Assembly: GCA_951406725.2 (NCBI GenBank)
Contig: OX597815.1
Span: 124,806,001 to 124,870,000 of the forward strand
Source: Octopus vulgaris
Lineage: Eukaryota
DNA length: 64,000 bases
Reading direction: 5' to 3'
Notes under the pieces: generated by a model
Told to the model about the DNA's origin: nothing
What the model saw: only the letters and a program-made list of their open reading frames with translations
Databases searched by the model: none
Translations under genes and position numbers: made by a program
Shown here: piece by piece, positions 54,230 to 64,000 of the stretch
Position numbering within the stretch: position 1 is the stretch's first letter
Layout of the letters: every line of letters starts with the position of its first letter

Positions 54230-55517
54230 ATGGCTACCGAATAATTGTCACATATTATATTTACAGATATATATATACACAATCAACTTAGTCATCTTTC
54301 ATTTAATCAGCTTCTGGAGAATTAATCGCACGAGCAAACTGCTTCTTACACGCTACTCTATTGTTGACCATAAGAGTTCCATAAAATTTAAATCTTGTTG
54401 GGTTTGGTGGAGAGTTCCAATCTAAATGCCTAAAATTTGCACCATGTTAAGCAACCATTTCTTTTACAATTTTCCATTGCGTGCATTAGTGTATGTTTAT
54501 CTTGGAAATTTACTACAACTCTGGTGGGGGTAAGGAGCTACATTTTTGTAGAATGATGCATTGCGTTTCAAAAAATAGATAATGACTGAAGTTGATTTTA
54601 CTGTAGTTTTAATATAGGATTCACTGAGTGCCAAGACGTAGCTGTTCAGAACATTGAACTCTCACAGTTATACGTCATCGTAGGGATCCGGAAGTCAGAT
54701 TAAAAACCTTGTGATAGTGTGTTTTCAACACCACCTGAGATTAGAGACATAGTTGTAAATGAGTGTTTATCTGAGAATGTAACTTTTCATGAACCTTACA
54801 AGCTTTTGCCCTTCACGATGTTTTTTGTTTTTTTTTTGTAATATGTAAATTTTTTTTAACAATAGCGGTCCCATTCTAAAACCTGGTTTTAAAGAGTTTA
54901 CATTTTGATGCACAGTTATACTGGCAGCTCTATAGGAAAATTGTTCATTTAACTAAAAATCATTCCTACCTTTTTATTAACAATTATGATGAATATATGT
55001 TTGTTCCATCATTGAGATTACATTTTTCGTCCTCTATTACTCTTGGCTTAACTAGATTTTCATTAGAGCTGAAAGGCAAGCAGCACTTTTGACATTGTTT
55101 TCTTTTCGAAACACCAATTCAGCATAGTAGTTACTCACCAGAGACTCTTACTTCCCAATCCTACAGTCTGACTTCTTAAAACATCTGATAGGTGTCCATT
55201 AGTGTAATTTAATTAGAGCTTAATTTGGATATGGTGATGAAAACTAATTAATTATATCAAATTCATTGCATTAGAAAATACAGCAGTTTTAACAATTATG
55301 GAATGTTTATTTTTGATGAATAAAATCGTAAATTTCGCTTTAGACAAAAGCAATTAATTCCATTGTTTTGCCCAACGTCGATATGTACACTTATATTTAT
55401 CTAGGAGTGCAGTTAAATACATAAGAAAGTGTCTTCAATGCAATGCGTAAAGTCTGTTTATCCCATACTACTTGAAGTATGCTTTGTCATGTACTTCAAT
55501 TATTATCATGATTTCAA

Positions 55518-55548
<31 letters not shown>

Positions 55549-55577
55549 TGTATGTATGTATGTATGTATGTATGTAT

Positions 55578-55682
55578 GAAGATTTCTTGCTAATAGAGAA
55601 ATCCGGTTTCTAACCTAGATCCAAGGTTCCTTTATTGGAATTTCAACATCAACGATAGGGTGTTTTTACGTATTTTTGTATA

Positions 55683-55718
<36 letters not shown>

Positions 55719-55792
55719 TGTATGTATGTATGTATGTATGTATGTATGTACGTATGTACGTATGTATGTATGTATGTATGTATGTATGTATG

Positions 55793-55823
<31 letters not shown>

Positions 55824-56165
55824 GTATGTATGTATGTATGTATGTATGTATGTATGTATGTATGTATGTATGTATGTATATATGTATGTATGTGTAAATT
55901 TGCTGGTATTGTTTTAAGAATGTATTTTCATGCATTGTACTTGCATATTTAGTCATGCTCATAAGTATTTAAATGATGAACGTTTGGAAAGTCTTACAGA
56001 TTTTTACAGTTCCAGTGATGAATTGGATGTGTAGTCTTCGAATCAGCTTTCTCCTTTCTGGTTTTGAGAAGCCTAATTTCTCAAGATTGGTATTTAGGCA
56101 GTGTGTTACATATCCCAGTACCTCAATAATTACAGGTATAAACCTGAACTTGTTATCTGGATAAA
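55578..56165 (-). mobile_element. Second 3' end of the REL-endonuclease LINE family
   Basis: Highly similar to 28120-28600; minus strand encodes YPDNKFRFIPVIIEVLGYVTHCLNTNLEKLGF; abuts (CATA)n. Confidence 0.7.
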
Positions 56166-57209
56166 ATAACCGATTACATCAGAAAGATTAAAGGTAGGAA
56201 CGATGACCTCCTTTGTCCGTATAGCATCTCCATGCGGACAGAAGCTGTGTATCGATAGTCAGCTGGAAAAGATATTTTCCTGGGGTTAAAACGACAGTAA
56301 CATCGTCCTTTATCGGACTGCCATATTCAGTTGGCATATAAAACTTACCACCAACTATGATTGTTTTACTGGTATATGATTCAATATATATATACGGGTA
56401 TATACGTATGCATATTTGTTAAATATATTCATAAATACGCGTGTGCGTGTGTGTACAAGTGAGTGTACATGTGTGTGCGCGCATTTGCATTTTGGGAAAG
56501 AGTTAGAAAGAAAGCGAGAAGCAGACAAAAATTTAACATGGAATGCATTGAGGAGTTGTATCGTATTTTGACATTGTTTATTTTTGTGTATGAGGCGTTG
56601 GTGTGTTTGTATGCATATGTGCACACACATTCGTTCACACACTCATACACATACATAAATGTATGTGTCTGTATTTATATGTATGTAGATAAGTATATGT
56701 ATGCATGCGAATTGTGGGGTGGGGAAATAAGCCCGAAATATGAAGGAGGAAAAATTAGAGACGGGGAAATACACAGAAAAAAGATATACAAAACAAAAGT
56801 AGAACATTTCAAGCGTTGAAGTAAAATAAATACCCTCCAAAATATACAACTGTCACTGAAAGAAGCCGAGAATTTTTGTACTATGATTATAGGTTCCAAT
56901 TTCTCGCGTAGTCATTGGATACCAGATTGCCTGACAAAACGCCTGTGTCGTAGCCACTGAAAAGAAGGATATAGAGAAATATAGACTGCTTACCTGAAGT
57001 GGAGGAATTCAGTTCAGCTGAACGAAAAGCAATATTTTAAGAAATTATTCAGTGTATTTATCATTGTCTGAATTTCAAAAGTAACAAAAACAATAACAAT
57101 TGATGTTAAATTTGATGCTGGTCCTATATTTCAATGGAAATACTTTGGGAAATTATAGTGTATTATTACACAAATAATTAAACACATACTTCAGGTGTGT
57201 ACTTCATAG

Positions 57210-57355
57210 TGGCGTTGTCATGGCTGTGTGGTTAAGAATTTTCCATCGCAATTATGAGGCTGCAGGTTGAAATTAACTGGGGACCGCATGGAAGGAAGTC
57301 TTCTACCATGGGTCGACCAAAGCCTTGTCTGAGAAATTTGGTTAACGGGAAATAT
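57210..57355 (+). mobile_element. Degraded OR-like SINE head
   Basis: catggctgtgtggttaagaa...gtcttctacc..gggtcgaccaaagccttgt...atttggt. Confidence 0.6.
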
Positions 57356-57594
57356 ATTAAAAATTGTCAGTGATGTTGCTGTCATTGTGTGACTGTTTTA
57401 ATCTGACGCCGATTATAACGCCACGACCTGATTCTTGAGGTTGGATGACGGCTTAAATCTATTGCACTGGAGGATTTAGCAAAAGTGCTAGTTCGATTTC
57501 TGAGCTTTCTTTACTCTCCCCACTAGCTTTTGTGTTCTATAAAAGATCATATATATATTTGTTTGTGTATGTATGATATATATATATATATATA

Positions 57595-57645
<51 letters not shown>

Positions 57646-58151
57646 ACTTGTCACCTGAGGAGAGAATATGGACTGATACTATATTTGGTAACACTGTTGT
57701 TGAAGGCGTTACTAGTGTTACCATCACGAATTTTAAGACGACAGTTGACAATCTCAGGGTCTCCAGCGGTTAATTTGCCGCTATTAAATCCGTTTCTGAT
57801 CTTGATTAATACTATTGAGAAGGATCAAGTTGAGAAGGATAAAAAATATACTGACTTCAGTGTGATTTGAACGTAAAAAGTAAAGTACTTAATAAACACT
57901 CCAGGTTGAAATTGGTTTGATCAAAGTTGATCAATTTCACGCGTAGTATTCGATTCAGAATACGAGCGAACAAATAAATATTTTTAATTGTGCGAGAAGG
58001 CTCTCATCTAAAAAGAAAATTGACTGGTCTTCTGAGATGCCATACTGACAATTGACTATTAGAGGTAGGTACTAGACATGCACAAAGGTAACAGGATACC
58101 CAAAAAAGGTAGGGAGCCGCCTAAACTCGAATATGCACATACAGTAGAGAC

Positions 58152-59780
58152 GCATCGCAAATACAACTGGTGAATCGAAGTTTGATTATTGAAGTTCGTT
58201 TATTGTTAAAGTTGCTGTTGAGTTTATCGTTACTTGAATTATTGTAGTGTTCTTTGAACACTTTGGTTTTTTCTGCCATGTGGCAGGCTAGTTGTGCTTT
58301 CCCTCCTCATAGAGGATTACATGCCAAGGAAGAAATGGAATAGATTAGTTCTTCAGATTGCAGTTACACTGAGGTGTCCGATTCTGAGCAGTCGGACACT
58401 TCGTGGGCCAACAGGTATAAAAGAAACTTCGCAGAAGTGGCTAAAGTATCAGAAAGTAATGTGGATTTGAAAGAGTGGAATACTCCAAAATGAGGAAAAG
58501 GGACGCAATAAAGTTGGAAGTAACCGCGTCAATGGAGATAATTGATAAAATAACGAGATGCACGGTAGTGTAAAAAACACACTCAGTGGCCAAAGGAAGA
58601 ATTAAAGAGATGACGATGACCCAAATGGAGAAGGTACTAAGGTCCATATGGAAGGATATTAGGTATTTAACAAGAGGCAGTAAATATGGTACAAAAAGGT
58701 CCAATTTAATGATGTAGGCAGTGCAAGTTTGAACTCGTCAACAATATTAAAGAACGAGGAAGTAGTGATGTTGCCAATATATGGTGGAAGGAGTGCTATA
58801 AGGGTCAACGTAGAGGGAGTCAGCCCAGAGGTCGACGTGGCTTGGATAGTAGCTGCAGTATTGCTTGGTAACGAGGAAGAGATAGGGGTTCTCCAGGTCA
58901 CCAAGACGAAAGCAAGGAACTGGAAAGGGCAATCCTTAACTATAGTGATATGGGGAACGAATGATGTAATAGAAGAGTTGTCGGAAACACAACAATGGTA
59001 GTCAGAGTAGAGGGCAGGATACCCAGGTGCTACAAGTGTGGCCAGAAAGGTTACATTAGAGCAAACTGCCCTCTACAAGGAAAAAAGGAAGAACTGGTAA
59101 GAGAAAGGAGAAATTAATACTACCAGAAGCAGAAATAGAAGTAAGCGGAACAGAAGGCGAATGAGTGACACCAAGGAAGAAAAAAGGAGGAAACCAGGTA
59201 AATACTGAAACCCACCCCACACAAATCCCACTCATACCTTCTTCACACCGCTCCCTGAACCTACACGCCTCCTCCAACACGAAATCAGACACAAGTAATT
59301 GAAACTCCCCTCCCACGGGTAAAAAAGAAGAAAGGAAACTATGTAATGATGTATGATAGCACAAAAATATGTGTGAAGAAATAAGAAAGTGGAAGAACAT
59401 TAGAGCGGTGGACATTCGCAAGTTCGACAACGTGCGAGGGTGGCATTGTTGGACGAGAACCAAAGGGAGAAAGTTTTAAAATTCAAAAGAGGATTTACAA
59501 TATGGCAAGTGGATCTGGACACTCAAAATTTGCCAGGAAATATGAACTACACGTTTCTAGTGAAAGAGTACGGAGTGGATATTTCAGAAGGCTCCGGGTT
59601 CAAAAGGGAAAATGAACAGAGGTAAAAATGAAGTAACTCAGAGGTGGGGCTGAGAAAACTTCATTCTATTTCTCATCTTCATTTTATCATTCATTTTAAC
59701 CCACGTTTTATTTTATTTTATTTGTTATGTGTCCCCACATGTCTTTGTGTTGACCCCTTGAGGGTAATAAAGAAAAAGAG
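58152..59780 (+). mobile_element. ORF1-only Tx1/L1-like retroelement (~1.63 kb) flanked by a ~20-bp TSD
   Basis: Disrupted ORF1 with VRVEGRIPRCYKCGQKGYIRANC; 3' end tgaccccttgagggtaataaagaaaaa; flanks tatgcacatacagtagagac (58132-58151) and tatacgcatacagtagaaac (59781-59800). Confidence 0.75.
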
Positions 59781-59819
59781 TATACGCATACAGTAGAAAC
59801 AGAACCAAGAGAGAAAGAA

Positions 59820-61226
59820 TTTAAACATAAGGCATTCTTGGTCTATGTAAAGAGTGTAGAGGCACGGAGGGGCTACGGAGGGGCAAGTCGATGTTTTCGA
59901 ATAGCGTCGTGGGACGCTGGACGGAGGGCCTGGTTAAGCTGCTAGGAGTTTGGGTTGGCCCAGACTTCCGGGAAGAAAAGAACTGGGTAGAGGTATCGAG
60001 CAAGGTGACCCTCATAGTAAAGACTTGGTCTTGGTGGTGGCTATCCTTGAAAGTGAGGGCGGAGGTGGCCAATGTGTTTATCGCATCGGTCATCATGTAC
60101 CGCCTAACAGTCGTTCCCTGTCAGAAGCCGTTGAAGGGAGGACTAGGGATGCCTTGGCTGGTGAAGCGCAAGAACACGCTGAGGTTGAAGCACCTCTGGC
60201 TTCCCCTTCATGGTGAACGGGTGTGGTCTCCGCTTGCGAAACGAATGTTTCCTAGTTTCACTAGTTTTAGTGGACGAGAAAGCTGGCTTCATCGAAGATC
60301 GAGGTTGGGTACATGGTATACGGAGTGCCGTAAGGCCTTCCTGTTGTTCCGTCGCTCGGGTAATGCCAGGGGATTCGGTACTACCGTGTCATTCTATAGC
60401 AGGTTGGTAGAGGCTGGAAATGATGATAGCCTGGGGGAAACCCTGGGTCTCGATAATAATCAGTCTGTTCCAAAGGACATTCGGGACGAGGGTTTTGGAC
60501 AACTTCCAAAAATCTCTGACCTGGCAACGTTACCGAGGTGCCTTACCCGTTCGGGATAAGCTCACCAGACACTGCCAGTCCGGTCCGTCGGCTTGCCCAA
60601 GATGTGAGCAGGATAGGGAAACCTTCCTGCTTGCTATTGTGCAGTGTCAGAAAGTGTCAGAAGTGTGGACTTACGCGGAACACCTGTTGTCAGATGTGAG
60701 AAGAGTACAACTGTTGTCTGAGTCAATTTTAAAAATTGACTCGCCAGATTTCTTCACGGAAGAAGGTAAGATTTGCTTTCTCGTAGTAGTAGCAATTGCG
60801 AGAGAGCCGATATAGAAGTCGAGAATGAAAGGATTGGCGACAGGTGACTTCATCTCCGGCCCCGGGTTGGTGAGATTCTGTACCTTTCACCTGAAAAGGA
60901 AAGTGGGGCTGGAGAGAAATTGTCTGTCGGAGAGAATATTTAAAGATAGTTGGATGCGTGTAGCGAGAATGTTGTGTGTGAAAGACTCCTCGTGCCATAA
61001 GGCAGAACAAAAAGGTTCCGGTAGAGGAACAGAGCTCATAGGGTCGGAGCTTAACCTGTTTCTCTACTTCATCGTACATGTATAATTGTCTTTTGATTGT
61101 ATTTTCATGTTTGTAAATTCATTCGATTTCATTGTAACCGTGATCAATTTTTATAATCGTATGTGTGTCTGACCCCAGTCAGGCTGTGTTATCCCCTCTA
61201 TGTTGGCTCTTTGTAGGCAATAAAAC
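59820..61226 (+). mobile_element. Tx1/L1-like LINE ORF2 C-terminal fragment and 3' UTR
   Basis: VKLLGVW, W..WWLSLKVRAEVAN, KPLKGGLGMP and zf-RVT-like RGALPVRDKL...CPRCEQDRET...C; tail ggctctttgtaggcaataaaa. Confidence 0.85.
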
Positions 61227-61229
61227 AGT

Positions 61230-61562
61230 AAAGAGTGTAGAGGTAGAAAGGAGAATATCCAAGTGGAAGGGATTAGTAAGGTTAAATTCAAGGGATAAAT
61301 TCAAGGAAAATGAAAGGGGTGTTCTATTGAATGACGGTAGATACGTGTTCATGGATACATATCGTGAATTGGTATGATTGGCTTTGGAGGTCGAGTGGGC
61401 ATTGCGCCTCATTTTATCATTTCCATAATTTCATACGTTTCTTTTTATTTTTTCCTTCCTTGCTCGATTTCTTTTTGTATTTTTATTTCCCCGATTATAA
61501 GTTTTGTATTGCCTTTGTAATGCATAACCTCTATATTTAGCCCCTTGTGGCCAATAAAAAAT
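61230..61562 (+). mobile_element. Additional short LINE 3' fragment with the same tail type
   Basis: Purine-rich coding-like segment, T-rich UTR, and terminal agccccttgtggccaataaaaa. Confidence 0.5.
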
Positions 61563-61599
61563 CGAGGTAAGATGAATGACATATTTCTGATTGTGAATC

Positions 61600-61880
61600 T
61601 TCCGCTACACTTCTCTTCACTCGACTTTCCTTCAGTTCTCCTTCCACTCTCCTTCCTTTTTATCCCTCGCCATCATCCACACCTACACTCACACCTGACC
61701 GCACGTGGACTGTTGGCGATTTTTCCTTATTTTTCCTTCTTTCTCTTTGGACTTCTCTGTTTTCAATGAAGAGCTATGCTCGAAACGTTAACAAGTCTCT
61801 TCTTTCACCTAGCGTCAAATTCATAAATTGCTTGTGCGTTTTTTTTCTCTGCGTTTTCATTCTTTGAATTGATTATTTAT
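61600..61880 (+). mobile_element. Penelope-like pLTR remnant with decayed HHR motif
   Basis: ctgttggcgattttttcct...tgttttcaatgaagagctatgctcgaaacgttaac...gcgtc, homologous to the reverse complement of 44120-44240. Confidence 0.6.
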
Positions 61881-62445
61881 GTGCCTGGTTCTTTTTGATT
61901 ATTTTACTTTTTTTATTTGTTGTCTTTATTCCTCTGTTCTCTTGACCAGCTAAACTGTACTTGTGGTTAACGATTTAGTGGTGTTTATTTTTTTAAATAT
62001 TTTAAACATTTATCATGCTAATCAAAGATTGCATAGGAATCAATATGAGGCACATAGTCTGTGGGATATGTTTTAATATAGCAAAAACCTGAGAAATGTT
62101 AATTTGCCAACGTTGCTGAAATAATATTAATGCCATGTAATATATTTAATCATTTACTGTATTATATTATAATATTTTGGTAAAGTGAAGAGGAAACAAA
62201 TATATTATTATGCATAAAGTGTGTTTGTTCAATCCAATCTCTCTTGTTAACATACACACACACACGCACACGCACAAGTATACACAAACACACACACACA
62301 CACGCTCATATACATGAAATTTAGGTTAAAATTTGTTTGTGACATTTTAACTGCTAAAGGCAAATTCAAAGAAGTTACTGTGGTGAAATAAATTCTCGTT
62401 TGTGGTGTAAAACACCGTGGCTGCTCAGTAACTTGCCCTAGTGGA

Positions 62446-62484
62446 CTCCTGGCACGTTTCTAGCTCCTTAGCCTTCTTCAGGAG
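62446..62484 (-). ncRNA. Degenerate hammerhead-like motif
   Basis: Minus strand ctc-CTGAAGA-ag-gct aagg agc-ta-GAAA-cgtg-cc-aggag; the expected GUC reads GCC. Confidence 0.4.
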
Positions 62485-63044
62485 AAGAATTCCTCAGGAG
62501 ACAAGACTTGACAAATTCTAAAGCCGTAGCTTTATAATAAAACAACTAATATCAACTACTCCATTGTTCTTTGTCACTGCTTATCGCTGATACTTTTTTT
62601 TATTCTGACCAAGCGGACTACGTGTACAATCAATCACTGATATTCATTGTTCTAAGATATAGCTATATATACATAGGCGTAGGGCATGTAGGCCTCATAA
62701 GATATTCGGAAAAGGGTGGAGAGAATTAACAAATTTAAAATGTGTTGTATGCGAAAGTATTTAGGCTTCCATTAGTCAGTTCAGGCCACGCAGTTGCTTA
62801 TTCTATCATGACGACATTATTTTACTGAGATGTCTACCTACTGAAGCAGACATGACAGACATTTTGGCATCAGTTAGTCACCATTCTGGAGGGCGGGGTA
62901 TTTTAGCAACAACAGTTATCACCTGTTTGATGGTCAGATTATATAGATAGGGTTTTGAGAAACCGACATGAATTAAGGTTGTAATTTTTACTTGACCATT
63001 GTGCATAAGTTAGCTATGGCTGCGGCGGTATATACAGGTATATA

Positions 63045-63270
63045 ACTGGCAGAATCGTTAGCACGCCGGGCGAAATGCCTTGCGGTATTTCGTCTACTGT
63101 TATGTTCTGAGTTCAAATTTCGCCAAGGTCGACTTTGCCTTTCATCCTTTCGGAGTCGATAAATTAAGTACCAGTTACGCACTGGGGTCGATGTAATCGA
63201 CTTAATCCGTTTGTCTATCCTTCTTTGTCCTCTCTGTGTTTAGCCCCTTGTGGGTAGTAAAGAAATAGGT
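63045..63270 (+). mobile_element. OK-like SINE subfamily with LINE-like 3' tail
   Basis: ctggcagaatcgttagcacgccgggcgaaatgc...gagttcaaatt...actggggtcgatgtaatcgac, ending tagccccttgtgggtagtaaagaaat. Confidence 0.9.
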
Positions 63271-64000
63271 ATATACAGGTTCAGAGCGGTTGACGGCCTA
63301 AAATTCATTAGCAAAACGTACCTCCTGTGCTAACCACAGGATAGGTCATTTTTCTTTCAGAGGTTACCGTGGACTAATGGAGTATGTGTAGATTCTCACG
63401 AGAGCAGTCAATTCTAAACTCTAGGTGAGTAAGGAGCGGCCCTTTGAATGAGCCTTTATGTGATGTTTCAGGCGTTTTGTCTCGAGATGAAGTGAGTCAG
63501 ACAGGTGGAGGTCGCCCATTAAAATTATTCGTAACCATGTCCATATAGTGTCCCATGTTGCTATCGGACGGTCTGAGGGTGGTTCAATATATCACAGCCT
63601 TTGAAGAATAGGATCCTCCCAAAAGTCATATAATACAACAAAAATAATGAATTTCTAATAAGACCCTCCATTATTTGTATATCAGAAATGCATATATTCT
63701 CATAGTTCAGGATTTCATAGTTTAGGTTGCTGGTTTCCAGAGATTCATTTCCATTTTTTTTTTCTGTTGCAATAATAATTTTCTAAATTTGATCTCAATG
63801 ACATATTGGTATCTCTCGTATAGAGAAATACTGTAGCAGTTGCATTACTGAAAGGAGTTGGCTATAAAAAATATCTGAAACATTATTACTCCTATTCGCT
63901 ATGAGCAACTAAATCTATTTAATAATTTGCAATATGGATTCGAATCATTTTAAAGTACCATTTGATAGAATGAATATAATATATGTTACACCCAGGCATT

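Noticed and set aside
57685-57723. 10-bp hairpin with a miR-8/200-like taacactg seed
   Set aside because: The stem is too short for a pre-miRNA and the seed is on the wrong arm.
63045-63130. tRNA gene
   Set aside because: The A/B boxes belong to a SINE head that continues into the SINE body; no complete cloverleaf.
63589-63610. tatcacagcc matches the miR-2 5' end
   Set aside because: No complementary 5' arm upstream.

Overview
AT-rich, repeat-dominated animal genomic DNA, most likely intergenic or intronic Octopus sequence. This is inferred from tRNA-derived SINEs resembling the octopus OK/OR families and dense (AT)n, (TATG)n, (GATA)n and (CA)n microsatellites. No host protein-coding exon could be supported, and most ORF-track entries are translated microsatellites. 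Real coding remnants are all transposon-derived: Penelope-like RT and GIY-YIG fragments, Tx1/L1-like ORF1 and ORF2, CR1-like RT, RTE and REL-endonuclease LINE ends, and a mariner transposase. The main signal is a set of type I hammerhead ribozyme (HHR) motifs, intact and variant, in the terminal repeats of several distinct Penelope-like families. One lies on both arms of a near-perfect 312-bp palindrome. Also notable are a TSD-flanked ORF1-only (HAL1-like) retroelement sharing a 3' tail with local Tx1-like LINEs and a SINE, a head-to-tail Helitron junction, and several inverted repeats able to form dsRNA. All calls were read by eye, and many element boundaries are approximate.
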